Virus record (IMG/VR): IMGVR_UViG_3300017911_001939
Coordinates: 1 to 64,000 of that record
Length of the DNA stretch: 64,000 bases
Strand: one strand, 5' to 3'
Source of the DNA: a virus
Taxonomy: Duplodnaviria > Caudoviricetes
Under the pieces are notes generated by a model, which saw nothing but the letters and a program-made list of their open reading frames with translations, made no database searches and was not told the origin of the DNA. Position numbers and translations under genes: made by a program. Positions 1 to 9,306 of this stretch are shown piece after piece. Within the stretch, counting starts at the first letter, position 1. Each line of letters begins with the position of its first letter.

Positions 1-1
1 A

Positions 2-364
2 AATTCAAACCTCAACGGTGTCGAAGAAGAGAATGATGTCGAGGAGGAACTATCAGTTACAGGCCGTCGCAAATTAGCACGCGCCACCAAACGCAGAAAG
101 ACCATGCTTAAAATTGCTCGTAAAAGAGCATTAAAAAAGATGGCAAATAAACAGACATTATCCAAAAGAGCAAGGCGTTCTGCACGTGGTCAGTTCGCTG
201 ATAAATTAGCAGGTAAGGGTAATAAAAAGTCTGATGTATCTGTGGCAAAAAAGAAACAAATTGAAAAGCGCCTAAGTCAAGGTGGGTGGCAACAACGTAT
301 TGCTATCCTACAGAGACGTATGATGCCACAAAAGCGCAAACAGGAGATTATGCGTAAGCGATGA
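2..364 (+). CDS. Highly basic protein, 5'-partial; possible prohead core/internal protein
   Basis: Frame is open from base 2 (NSNLNGVEEENDVEEELSVTGRRKLARATKRRK...); acidic leader then Arg/Lys-rich body; overlaps next ATG. Confidence 0.6.
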   Translation, partial: NSNLNGVEEENDVEEELSVTGRRKLARATKRRKTMLKIARKRALKKMANKQTLSKRARRSARGQFADKLAGKGNKKSDVSVAKKKQIEKRLSQGGWQQRIAILQRRMMPQKRKQEIMRKR

Positions 365-1428
365 TTAATTCATATAAATCATATTTGGTTGAGGAAGAAA
401 AGGCAATTTATTTTACCTTTGGTAGAATGAATCCGCCTACTATTGGCCATGAAAAACTTTTGAATAAGCTCGCCGCAAAAGCCGGTCGTAATCCGTATCG
501 TATCTTTTTATCGCCGTCTCAAGATAAAGAAAAGAATCCATTAGACTATAGAACAAAAGTTAAGTTTGCTCGTAAAGCATTCCCTAAATATGCTCGATCT
601 ATTATGATGAGTCCAAAGGCTCGCAATGTAATGGAAGTTGCTACAGCAATCTACAACGAAGGATTTAAAAATGTTGTCATGGTTGTTGGTTCTGATAGAG
701 TCAACGAATTTGAAGCACGACTTAATGCTGTAAATGGCAAGAAGGGTCGCCATGGCTTCTTTAATTTTCAAAAGATTTCAATTGTCAGCGCAGGTGAACG
801 AGATCCTGAGTCTGAAAGTATTACTGGAATGTCCGCATCTAAAATGCGTAAGGCTGCGTCCGATAATGATTTTACAAAGTTTTCTCAAGGTCTTCCAAAG
901 ACTATAAGAAATGCTGATGCTAAAAGTCTCTTCAATGCCGTACGTAAAGGCATGGGCCTGAAAGAAACAAAAGAGTATAAAAATCATTTAAAATTAAATC
1001 CAGTATCAGAACGTCGTGAAGATTTTGTCGAAGGGATGTTCCAGCCCGGTGACCAAGTTGTAATTAAAGAATCCGATGTAGTAGCTACTATCATCCGCAG
1101 AGGTGCAAACTATTTGATCGTTGAAGCAAATGGTATTCAAATGAGAAAGTGGTTGGAAGCTGTTGAAGTATTAGAGCGCGAAGGTAATCAATCATCTCGT
1201 CAAGATCCTGATATTAAGGATCGTAAAGGTACTCAACCTGCACCATATTTTAAAGGCTTGAAAAAGTCTACGAAGAAGGCGCGAGACGCACACTTCAAAA
1301 AACATGGTAAAAAAGCAGATAATGATCCGAGTGCATACAAGCCTGCACCAGGTGATAAGAAAGCTAAAACAAAGCCTAGCAAATATACTAAACAATTTAA
1401 ACAGATGTTTGGGGACAAGAATGATTAA
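361..1428 (+). CDS. Phage cytidyltransferase (HIGH-superfamily nucleotidyltransferase) with basic C-terminal extension
   Basis: FGRMNPPTIGHEKL (HIGH-like), VVGSDR and MSASKMR (KMSKS-like) motifs typical of T4-like marine phage cytidyltransferases. Confidence 0.85.
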   Translation: MINSYKSYLVEEEKAIYFTFGRMNPPTIGHEKLLNKLAAKAGRNPYRIFLSPSQDKEKNPLDYRTKVKFARKAFPKYARSIMMSPKARNVMEVATAIYNEGFKNVVMVVGSDRVNEFEARLNAVNGKKGRHGFFNFQKISIVSAGERDPESESITGMSASKMRKAASDNDFTKFSQGLPKTIRNADAKSLFNAVRKGMGLKETKEYKNHLKLNPVSERREDFVEGMFQPGDQVVIKESDVVATIIRRGANYLIVEANGIQMRKWLEAVEVLEREGNQSSRQDPDIKDRKGTQPAPYFKGLKKSTKKARDAHFKKHGKKADNDPSAYKPAPGDKKAKTKPSKYTKQFKQMFGDKND

Positions 1429-1660
1429 ATTTACTGATTACATTGCAGAAGATAAAGCAGGCGCATCGCTTGCCGATAAGGCCAAAAAGTCTGGTATTTC
1501 TACTGCTACACTTCGTAAGGTATATAACAGAGGAGTGGCTGCATGGAAAACTGGCCATCGTCCTGGTACAACACCTTCTCAATGGGGACATGCACGTGTT
1601 AATGCCTTTATTGTTAAGAAGAAAAAAGGTGGTCTTAACCACGATAAGGATTTAGCGTAA
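1421..1660 (+). CDS. Small basic conserved phage protein, putative internal head protein
   Basis: ATG at 1421 overlaps upstream gene; MIKFTDYIAE leader; VYNRGVAAWKTGHRPGTTPSQWGHARVN motif. Confidence 0.7.
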   Translation: MIKFTDYIAEDKAGASLADKAKKSGISTATLRKVYNRGVAAWKTGHRPGTTPSQWGHARVNAFIVKKKKGGLNHDKDLA

Positions 1661-2457
1661 TGAAAAACTTTCAGCAGATAAGAGAAGCAGTAGATTCAAC
1701 AGATACTGGTGGAAAAGAAGAAGTAAGTATGGCTACGAAGCAAATCAAAGCTATGCGACATTTTCTAGACGGGATTGAAGAGAGAGTAAAATCTGCTGGA
1801 GATATGGAAGAATGGTATCAAAATAAATTAACCAAAGCAAATGATTATTTAAAAACTTTATATTCATACGGTAAAGGTGATCAAAACGAGTCAGTTGAAG
1901 AAGGTTATGCATCAGCCGCTCAGCGTAAAGCTGTTTGGGCAGCTCGCAATGACGAGAAAGAAAAGAATAAGAAAGAAGATTCTGATGCAGTAAAAGCATT
2001 CTTGGCTAAAGGTGGTAAGATTAAGAAACTTCCGCCAGGTAAAGCACAAGGTTATCACGGCAAAGATGATCCTGGTAAAGACGTACGTGGTGTAATGGAT
2101 AAGCCTGACACGAAAGCTATTGGTACTCGTAAGAAAGTTAAATCAATGGCTAAAGAAGGTGTTAACGAAAGATCTGCCGAAAGAACTGCTGCTATCGATA
2201 AAGCCCGCGGTGGTGTTACAGGTCGTCAACATGGCGGTGCACCGGGTGTAGCACGTCAAAAAGGTATGAATCCTGATCATCAAGGTCGTGGTTTAAAAAA
2301 GACAGATGGTAAATTTGCACAGCATGGCCAAGATAAATCTAAAGACGGAAAAATTGCTGGCTATGCATTAGATAAAAAAGATCAAGCTAGAGATTCTAAG
2401 GTAAAAACACCAAAGGGTTTAGCAGATCTAAGAAGAAAGCATGGAAAGATTAACTAA
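1660..2457 (+). CDS. Lys-rich modular protein, putative internal head protein
   Basis: 265 aa ORF, TAATG-coupled; MKNFQQIRE leader and internal xxE sites. Confidence 0.65.
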   Translation: MKNFQQIREAVDSTDTGGKEEVSMATKQIKAMRHFLDGIEERVKSAGDMEEWYQNKLTKANDYLKTLYSYGKGDQNESVEEGYASAAQRKAVWAARNDEKEKNKKEDSDAVKAFLAKGGKIKKLPPGKAQGYHGKDDPGKDVRGVMDKPDTKAIGTRKKVKSMAKEGVNERSAERTAAIDKARGGVTGRQHGGAPGVARQKGMNPDHQGRGLKKTDGKFAQHGQDKSKDGKIAGYALDKKDQARDSKVKTPKGLADLRRKHGKIN

Positions 2458-2867
2458 TGCCATTAGGTAAGAACGCTGACGCTGGGGATTATATCAAAGA
2501 CTTTCGTAAGTCTAAGGCTCCTCAGTTTAAGGGTAAATCACAAGAGAAACGCCGCAAAATGGCGGTAGCTGCTTTTCTTAAATCAAGAGAAGAGCAAAGG
2601 TTACCTGATGATGGTACACCTGAAGCTAACCGTTTGGCGAGGGCAAAGACTCCTGGTCAAGTTAACGAGGAGATGATGTTCCGTGTTTCTGTTGATGGAT
2701 TGCCTGATATGATTATGTTAGGTCGTTCACCTGGTGATGTTAAAAACCAATTAAGAAAGATCGTTAAACAGCCATCGATGATTACTGACGTCGAACGTAT
2801 GTCAAAGGCAGACGTGAAGAAACGTTATCGTGATATGGCCAAAGGAGATATCGATGGAGACGTTTAA
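2457..2867 (+). CDS. Hypothetical basic protein
   Basis: 136 aa ORF, translationally coupled. Confidence 0.65.
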   Translation: MPLGKNADAGDYIKDFRKSKAPQFKGKSQEKRRKMAVAAFLKSREEQRLPDDGTPEANRLARAKTPGQVNEEMMFRVSVDGLPDMIMLGRSPGDVKNQLRKIVKQPSMITDVERMSKADVKKRYRDMAKGDIDGDV

Positions 2868-3123
2868 GACTTTTGTCGAAAAGAAAAAGTTGACAGGCAA
2901 AGACGCTAAAGGTCATTTTAGAGCCACTGAAAAGGGTGCTGGTATGACACAAAAAGGTGTTGATGCAGTCAATCGCAAAACTGGTGGCAACTTACAAACT
3001 GCGGTGACAGGTAAAGTCAAGCGTGGTAGTAAAGATGCTAAAAGACGTAAGTCGTTCTGTGCTCGTTCGCGGAGTTGGACGAGTGAAAGAGGAAAGGCGG
3101 CGCGTCGACGCTGGAAATGCTAA
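2854..3123 (+). CDS. Small basic protein, putative internal head protein
   Basis: AAGGAG RBS then ATG 2854; METFKTFVE leader; RRKSFCAR...RRRWKC motif. Confidence 0.7.
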   Translation: METFKTFVEKKKLTGKDAKGHFRATEKGAGMTQKGVDAVNRKTGGNLQTAVTGKVKRGSKDAKRRKSFCARSRSWTSERGKAARRRWKC

Positions 3124-3404
3124 TGGCAGATAACGATAATAATTACCAAAGACTCGATCGTATCGAAGCAAAGCTAGACAAGTTGGCTGATGCAATGGTA
3201 GCGATGGCTCGTGCCGAAGAAAAAATTAGTTCTTTACAGGATGATCACGATAAGATGTATGAACGCATCAATCGTCTTTCTGTAAAATTAGATGATATAG
3301 AACGTAAAGTCGATGAAAACTCGAGAACAGTTGCATTGATAAATAAAATCGTAATTGCGGCAGTAATCGCCGCTGTTGGCTCATTAGTGGCCCAATGGAT
3401 GTAG
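3123..3404 (+). CDS. Coiled-coil protein with C-terminal membrane anchor
   Basis: Heptad pattern RLDRIEAKLDKL..., hydrophobic C-terminus IVIAAVIAAVGSLV. Confidence 0.7.
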   Translation: MADNDNNYQRLDRIEAKLDKLADAMVAMARAEEKISSLQDDHDKMYERINRLSVKLDDIERKVDENSRTVALINKIVIAAVIAAVGSLVAQWM

Positions 3405-3413
3405 GAGAAAACA

Positions 3414-4202
3414 ATGTTTAAAAACATTTACAGGGAGTGGGCCGCTCCAGAAGAGGCCATCGAAGAAGCTACGAAAAAAGATGAAGGCAATGCTTTCACT
3501 GCTGCCCTTATGGCTGCACGTAAAAACGGTGACTCACATTTTGTGGTTGCTGGTAAAAGATACAAGTGCGAAGACTATGATGACGAAGGCAACGTCAAAG
3601 AAGCCGTAACATCTGCAGATAAAAAGCCAGAAAATTACACTGATAAAGAAGGTAAAACAAAAACGCGGATGGTACCAATGACAAAAAAAACTGATGTCAA
3701 AAAAGAAAAAATGGATCCAGTAGGTCGTGAAGACGGCGATGTCGATAACGATGGAGATAAGGATGCATCAGATAAATATTTGTTGAAGCGTCGTAAAGCT
3801 ATTAGTAAAAATATTGCAAAAGATAAAAAGGCTGTTGGTAAAGATGATACTGCAGTTATGAATCCTAAGAAGGACGATAAAATGGCAACGAAAGAGTCAA
3901 CTATTCGCGAGAAGTTGATGTCTATTTGGGAAAAAGCTGGTGATCATGCTCAGCATACAAAAGGTGCTACAAAGCCTGATGAGCAGCCAACAGATAGAAA
4001 CGCTTCTGCTAAAAAGATGAAGGATGGTCATGGTAAACCTCAAGTAGATGATACTGAGGAAAAGGGTCATGACGATGCTTCTAAAGCTGGTCGCGCTGTT
4101 GCTTCACAAGCGAAAGCTCGTAGCAATGGTGATAACACCACAACAGGCGATCGTAACATTGTTAATAAAATTGCAGCAGCTTACAAAGGAATGCAAAAAT
4201 GA
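3414..4202 (+). CDS. Charged modular protein, putative internal head protein
   Basis: AGGAG RBS; 262 aa; DPVGREDGDVDNDGDKDASDKYLLKRRKAI module. Confidence 0.7.
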   Translation: MFKNIYREWAAPEEAIEEATKKDEGNAFTAALMAARKNGDSHFVVAGKRYKCEDYDDEGNVKEAVTSADKKPENYTDKEGKTKTRMVPMTKKTDVKKEKMDPVGREDGDVDNDGDKDASDKYLLKRRKAISKNIAKDKKAVGKDDTAVMNPKKDDKMATKESTIREKLMSIWEKAGDHAQHTKGATKPDEQPTDRNASAKKMKDGHGKPQVDDTEEKGHDDASKAGRAVASQAKARSNGDNTTTGDRNIVNKIAAAYKGMQK

Positions 4203-4525
4203 TCAAAGCCCCAGGTTGGTGCCACACTGCGGTACCTACATTACGTGGTTGGGAAGATCCTAACTCAGGTGAACTTCTTGTTTCTGGTCGTCATACGCAA
4301 GCTCAGATCGATGAATGGCATGGTGTACCTACTATGGAATTTATCCAAGAGATTGCAGAACCAGCAGTTGAAGAAGAAGTTGAATGGGTCGAGTACGATT
4401 TGCCATCAATGTCTAAGTTAGAATTAGAAGAACTTGGCAGAGAATATGGCATTGAGCTTGATCGCCGCGAAAAGAAAGAAGCACTTATTGAGCAGCTTGA
4501 AGCTGTGATGTATGAAGAAGAGTAA
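4199..4525 (+). CDS. Hypothetical protein with acidic C-terminal helical domain
   Basis: 108 aa, ATGA overlap. Confidence 0.65.
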   Translation: MIKAPGWCHTAVPTLRGWEDPNSGELLVSGRHTQAQIDEWHGVPTMEFIQEIAEPAVEEEVEWVEYDLPSMSKLELEELGREYGIELDRREKKEALIEQLEAVMYEEE

Positions 4526-4545
4526 ACTGAATATATAATCTTGTT

Positions 4546-4911
4546 ATGATATTCAATGAACTCACTGAAGAGAATCTCTTCCTTTACGCAGCAAAGCATT
4601 ATTACAAGCCTCAATTCTCCGACATCGAAGAATTTTATGAGGACTTGAAACGCTTTAAATACATCAAGCGGTTGGTGAACCGTCATCTTGATCAAGGAGA
4701 ATTGGCCGAGAGACTTATCATCAACCACTTGATTGTTATCTTTAACTCTTTTGGTATTGAGGCAGCATTAGAAATACTAAAATTAAAATTAGATGAACGC
4801 CACTGGCCAGTGATTAAACCGTTTCTAGTTTATTTAAGATATATTAGACTTGACGAATATACTGGAATACCACAGGATCAGACAGTAATTGAGGCATTAC
4901 GAAAGATATGA
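4546..4911 (+). CDS. Conserved T4-like phage hypothetical protein
   Basis: EEFYEDLKRFKYIKRL...ERLIINHLIV motif common in marine T4-like phages. Confidence 0.75.
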   Translation: MIFNELTEENLFLYAAKHYYKPQFSDIEEFYEDLKRFKYIKRLVNRHLDQGELAERLIINHLIVIFNSFGIEAALEILKLKLDERHWPVIKPFLVYLRYIRLDEYTGIPQDQTVIEALRKI

Positions 4912-5498
4912 GTATTATCAAAAGAGGTGCAGACCTAGTTTACACATTCCGATTTATTCGTATGCTTGTACTGGATTGGAAAGAATGGGATGCATATAAA
5001 CAAGGAGTCATTGACGAAAAAGGTAAACGTATCAAGAAAACCCTTCTCGATACTGATGCCAAAAAATCTTCTTATACTCCTTTTGTTAGGCTTTGTGCTA
5101 ACATCAAGCGCTTGCTCTCAAAGGTACCAGGAGGATCTTCCAGACTCGGTTCGTTCGCCGCAGCTTTGTATCTCATTAAAGAGAACAACGGCTTGGGAGA
5201 TGATCAAATCGATAAGATTATGCGAGAATCAGGTGGACCAGACGCATCAGCGTTTTTGATGGAAAGCAATGAATGGTTTGTGTGTGACGATAGACAATTG
5301 TCACCAGGCATATATAAGATTATGGAATCAAAAGTTATTAACTCGTCGTTCGAGGAACTTGTGAATCCTAAAGACAAAATTAGAGTACACGAAGAATCGT
5401 ATCCAGTTGGTAATGTATTTGGTATTGACATCTATGAGGCGACTCATTTAAACACGAATCAAAAGATTTACATTACAACAAGCGAGATTATCAAATGA
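4908..5498 (+). CDS. Conserved T4-like phage hypothetical protein
   Basis: YTFRFIRML...WDAYKQGVIDEKG...YTPFVRL motif; ATGA overlap. Confidence 0.7.
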   Translation: MSIIKRGADLVYTFRFIRMLVLDWKEWDAYKQGVIDEKGKRIKKTLLDTDAKKSSYTPFVRLCANIKRLLSKVPGGSSRLGSFAAALYLIKENNGLGDDQIDKIMRESGGPDASAFLMESNEWFVCDDRQLSPGIYKIMESKVINSSFEELVNPKDKIRVHEESYPVGNVFGIDIYEATHLNTNQKIYITTSEIIK

Positions 5499-5749
5499 GC
5501 TTATGGGATAATATCAGAAAAAGACGTGCACAAGGCAAGAGGAAACTCAAACCAGGTGATAAGAACTATCCTAAAACGTTGGATGTTCCTGAAGACGTAA
5601 CGACTGCTAATATCCCCAATCCCGCTGATACAGCAATGGGACCAAGACTCAAAACTACGACAATGCATGATCGTAGACGTAAAAAGAGTGCACGTCCAAC
5701 ATTGCTCAAACGTTTTCGTAAGTACGTAGATGAAAAAGGAATAGGTTAA
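5495..5749 (+). CDS. Small basic hypothetical protein
   Basis: 84 aa, coupled to both neighbours. Confidence 0.6.
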   Translation: MSLWDNIRKRRAQGKRKLKPGDKNYPKTLDVPEDVTTANIPNPADTAMGPRLKTTTMHDRRRKKSARPTLLKRFRKYVDEKGIG

Positions 5750-6207
5750 TGTTATCCCTTCTCGGATCTCTACTTGGTTTTGCAGGCTCTGCAGTACCAG
5801 CGGTAACAGACATTTTTAAAGATAAAGCTGACCGCAAACATGAGATCGATAAAATGAAAGCCATGGCCGAACTAAAGGCTCAAGGCTATGAACTCGATAT
5901 GAAGTTCTACGAAAAGATGGGTGCAGATAAAGAGCATGAGCGTTTGATTGCTCATGATACTGCAATCATGCAATCAACAGGTTGGACATCAGTCCTACAA
6001 AAATCGGTAAGGCCAGTAATTACATATGCATTTTTTGGTCTTTTTGCAACAATTGAAATCACATTATTGATGAACGCTATTGAAATGGGTACACCATTTA
6101 ATGAAGCAATTCAATTATTATGGGATGAAGAAACGAAAGCAATCTTTGCTGCCATTATTTCATTTTGGTTTGGTAGTAGAGCAGTAGAAAAAGCACGGAG
6201 AAAATAA
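5749..6207 (+). CDS. Holin-like membrane protein (3TM holin family)
   Basis: N-terminal hydrophobic segment, SVRPVITY helix, FWFGSR C-terminal signature. Confidence 0.65.
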   Translation: MLSLLGSLLGFAGSAVPAVTDIFKDKADRKHEIDKMKAMAELKAQGYELDMKFYEKMGADKEHERLIAHDTAIMQSTGWTSVLQKSVRPVITYAFFGLFATIEITLLMNAIEMGTPFNEAIQLLWDEETKAIFAAIISFWFGSRAVEKARRK

Positions 6208-6407
6208 TGAAAGAGCAACTGATTAAAGCAGCACGTATGCATTCCGAAGGCGAGTTAGAACGAGCTAAAACAAATATCATGGTTTACATGAATCAAAGTG
6301 TCGGGATTGGTGAGCATAGCGATATCGTTGAAGCCATTCAAGAAGAGCTTGATAAGATGGCAGCCGCAAACGATAGAATTGAAATGCTTGACAAATATTT
6401 TTCGTAA
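6207..6407 (+). CDS. Conserved hypothetical protein
   Basis: 66 aa, VGIGEHSDIVEAI motif, GGAG RBS. Confidence 0.7.
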   Translation: MKEQLIKAARMHSEGELERAKTNIMVYMNQSVGIGEHSDIVEAIQEELDKMAAANDRIEMLDKYFS

Positions 6408-6414
6408 ATAAGCA

Positions 6415-6443
6415 TTTACAAAATGTAGTATTTGATATATAAT
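6415..6443 (+). promoter_or_regulatory. Sigma70-like promoter
   Basis: TTTACA-N17-TATAAT upstream of the RNR gene. Confidence 0.7.
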
Positions 6444-6485
6444 ACTACCACTAAATCTAATCAATATACACATAGCGAGGTAGCA

Positions 6486-8702
6486 ATGGCAACAGCATCT
6501 GTTGACACGAGAAAGTTTTTGTCCGACACGAAGTTTTATGAAGGCTACTCCCGATACAAAGACGAAGACAATCGTTATGAATCATGGGATGAAGCCGTAG
6601 ATCGTGTTATCGAAATGCATAACACAACATATAATTCTAAATCAAATGAATTATCCGAATATTTAGAAGAAGCACGTCAAGCTTATAAAGAGCAGCGCGT
6701 TCTTGCAGCACAGCGTTCACTACAATTTGGTGGTGAGCAGCTAATGAAACATCAGATGCGTATGTACAATTGTACGTCATCTTATGTTGATAGACCAGAA
6801 TTTTTTGGTGAAGTATTCTATATCTTGCTTTGTGGTGCTGGTGCAGGGTTTTCTGTACAGTCACATCATGTTGCCAAGCTACCTCTTATTACGCAGCGTA
6901 CAAAGCAAGCTAAAGGATATGTAGTAGAAGACTCTATCGAAGGTTGGGCTTCTGCATTGAATGTACTGATGTCATCATATTTTGTAGATGGCGGTACACA
7001 TCCTGAATTTGCTGGTCGTCGTGTATTCTTCGACCTTTCACAAATTCGTCCAAAGGGTTCTAAAATCTCTGGTGGATTTAAAGCACCTGGTCCTGAAGGT
7101 TTACGTCGTTCTCTTGATAAGATCGAGCATTTGCTCCAAAGCTTGGTCATTGATGCAAAAGAACCTGTAGCCCTCAAGCCAATTAACGTATACGATATTA
7201 CTATGCATGCTGCTGACGCAGTATTATCAGGTGGTGTTCGTCGTTCTGCTACAATTTGTCTGTTTTCACCAGATGATGAAGAAATGATGAATGCAAAAAC
7301 TGGTAACTGGTTTGTAGATAATCCTCAGCGTGCACGTTCTAACAATTCTGCTGTTATCGTCCGTGATACTACAACCAAAGAACAGTTTGGCAAAATTATG
7401 GAATCTGTTAAACAGTTTGGTGAACCTGGTTTTGTGTTTGTCGAATCAACAGAGCACACAACAAATCCATGTGTTGAGATCGGTATGTTCCCACAGATTG
7501 ATGGCAAATCTGGTTGGCAAGGATGTAACCTTACTGAAATCAACGGTGGCATGTGTGTTACTGAAGAAGATTTCTTTAAGGCTTGTCGTGCGGCCGCGAT
7601 CTTAGGCACACTCCAAGCTGGTTACACAGATTTTAAATTCTTATCTGAAACATCAAAAGAAATTTTTGATAGAGAAGCACTGTTGGGCGTATCAATTACC
7701 GGCTGGATGAATAATCCCGATATTCTCTTCGATGCAAAGATCTTAGAGAAAGGAGCCAAGATTGTCAAAGAGATCAATAGAGAAGTTGCAGCAATTATCG
7801 GAATCAATCCAGCGGCTCGAACAACGTGTGTCAAACCAAGCGGCAATGCTTCTGTTCTTCTTCAAACTGCTTCTGGTATTCATGCTGAGCATTCTGATAT
7901 GTATATTCGTAATGTTCAAATGAACAAAGAGTCTGAGATTACACAAGCTATCATGAAATCAAATCCATATATGGTCGAAGAATCTGTTTGGTCTGCAGGC
8001 GGAACTGATGTTGTTGTTTCTTTCCCTATTGTGCCGAAAAAAGGTTCTATCTTTAAAGATGATCTAATTGGTGTCAAGCATTTGGATCTAGTTGCAAAAG
8101 CTCAAAAGCATTGGGTTAATGCAGGTACAAACGAAGATCTTTGTGCAGACAAAGGTGTAAGGCATAACGTTTCTAATACTATTCTCGTCGATGACTGGGA
8201 CGAAGTAGAAGAATATGTATTTAAGAATCGCCACTCATTTGCAGGCATTTCATTCTTGTCAATGATGGGTGATAAAGACTTTAACCAAGCACCAAATACT
8301 GCAGTTATTACTGCAAAAGAAATGGTAAAGAAATATAGTGAAGGTGCAATCTTTGCATCAGGTATGGTTGTCGATGCCCTTAAAGTATTCCCTAATTTGT
8401 GGGATGCATGTGCTACTGCACAGGGTTACGGCCTCGATATCTCGCTCGAGTCATCTGAAAACTCTGCACGTCAAGATTGGGTACGTCGCTTTGAAAACTT
8501 TGCCAATAACTACACTAAAGGCGATGTAAAACAAGCCGAATACTGTTTGAAGGATTCATACCTTCTTCATAAGTGGAATAAAATCCAAAAGAATCTGCAA
8601 ACAGTTGATTGGGAGGAAGACTTGACAGAAAAGAAATATACTGACGTTGATACACTTGGCGCAGCAGCATGTGCAGGTGGAGCTTGTGAGATTGATTTCT
8701 AA
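6486..8702 (+). CDS. nrdJ: Ribonucleotide reductase catalytic subunit, resembling monomeric class II (B12-dependent RTPR)
   Basis: YNC, TNPCVEI finger-loop, GCNLTEI, TTCVKPSGNAS, C-terminal CAGGAC redox pair; no beta subunit adjacent; GAGG RBS before ATG 6486. RNR is secure, class less so. Confidence 0.8.
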   Translation: MATASVDTRKFLSDTKFYEGYSRYKDEDNRYESWDEAVDRVIEMHNTTYNSKSNELSEYLEEARQAYKEQRVLAAQRSLQFGGEQLMKHQMRMYNCTSSYVDRPEFFGEVFYILLCGAGAGFSVQSHHVAKLPLITQRTKQAKGYVVEDSIEGWASALNVLMSSYFVDGGTHPEFAGRRVFFDLSQIRPKGSKISGGFKAPGPEGLRRSLDKIEHLLQSLVIDAKEPVALKPINVYDITMHAADAVLSGGVRRSATICLFSPDDEEMMNAKTGNWFVDNPQRARSNNSAVIVRDTTTKEQFGKIMESVKQFGEPGFVFVESTEHTTNPCVEIGMFPQIDGKSGWQGCNLTEINGGMCVTEEDFFKACRAAAILGTLQAGYTDFKFLSETSKEIFDREALLGVSITGWMNNPDILFDAKILEKGAKIVKEINREVAAIIGINPAARTTCVKPSGNASVLLQTASGIHAEHSDMYIRNVQMNKESEITQAIMKSNPYMVEESVWSAGGTDVVVSFPIVPKKGSIFKDDLIGVKHLDLVAKAQKHWVNAGTNEDLCADKGVRHNVSNTILVDDWDEVEEYVFKNRHSFAGISFLSMMGDKDFNQAPNTAVITAKEMVKKYSEGAIFASGMVVDALKVFPNLWDACATAQGYGLDISLESSENSARQDWVRRFENFANNYTKGDVKQAEYCLKDSYLLHKWNKIQKNLQTVDWEEDLTEKKYTDVDTLGAAACAGGACEIDF

Positions 8703-8878
8703 TGACAATGTACCGTATCGAATGTGAAGAATGTGATACAGTAAGTATCGTTGAAACTTTTGATAAGGCTAAATACTGCCCGGCGTGTGGCCGTCGGGCA
8801 GAAGCCGAACCGTTGAGAGAAGGTTTAGAGAATCTTGATCAAGTAGGTTGGGATCCGCATGAGGAATTTGATGAATAG
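8702..8878 (+). CDS. Small Zn-ribbon protein (58 aa, not in ORF track)
   Basis: MTMYRIECEECDTVSIVETFDKAKYCPACGRRAE...; two CxxC; TAATG-coupled to RNR. Confidence 0.7.
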   Translation: MTMYRIECEECDTVSIVETFDKAKYCPACGRRAEAEPLREGLENLDQVGWDPHEEFDE

Positions 8879-8886
8879 ATACCTGT

Positions 8887-9288
8887 ATGTGGTATTACAA
8901 TAATGAACCTTACGACTCAACACCAGAAGATTTCCAAGGCTTTGTCTACGTTATCACCGAACTGGACACCAACAAAAAATATATTGGAAAAAAGAATTTC
9001 TGGAAACCAAAAATATTACCCGTCACGAAGACACGTAAGAGACGTGTACGAACGCGTGTCGAGTCTGACTGGCGGGAATATTATGGATCGTCAAAAGAAG
9101 TCATGTCCCTCGTAGAGTCTAAAGGTAATAATAATTACAAACGAGAGATACTCAGACTTTGCAAAACTAAAGGTGAGATGTCATATTTTGAAGCTAAGTT
9201 ACAATTTGAGAATGATGTGCTGCTTAGCGACGAATATTATAATGAATTTATAGGATGTAAAATTCATTCAAGACATCTGAAGATATAA
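8887..9288 (+). CDS. GIY-YIG-like nuclease-domain protein
   Basis: GFVY-x9-KYIGKK; ESDWREYYGSS; conserved Glu and YYN. Confidence 0.7.
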   Translation: MWYYNNEPYDSTPEDFQGFVYVITELDTNKKYIGKKNFWKPKILPVTKTRKRRVRTRVESDWREYYGSSKEVMSLVESKGNNNYKREILRLCKTKGEMSYFEAKLQFENDVLLSDEYYNEFIGCKIHSRHLKI

Positions 9289-9291
9289 ATA
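9284..9291 (+). promoter_or_regulatory. T4-type late promoter
   Basis: TATAAATA 15 nt before ATG 9307. Confidence 0.6.
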
Positions 9292-9306
9292 ATTTCAGAG
9301 GTTAAT

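Noticed and set aside
8887-9288. GIY-YIG protein as an intron or mobile homing endonuclease
   Set aside because: RNR gene is uninterrupted, no intron structure, and the protein lacks a DNA-binding extension
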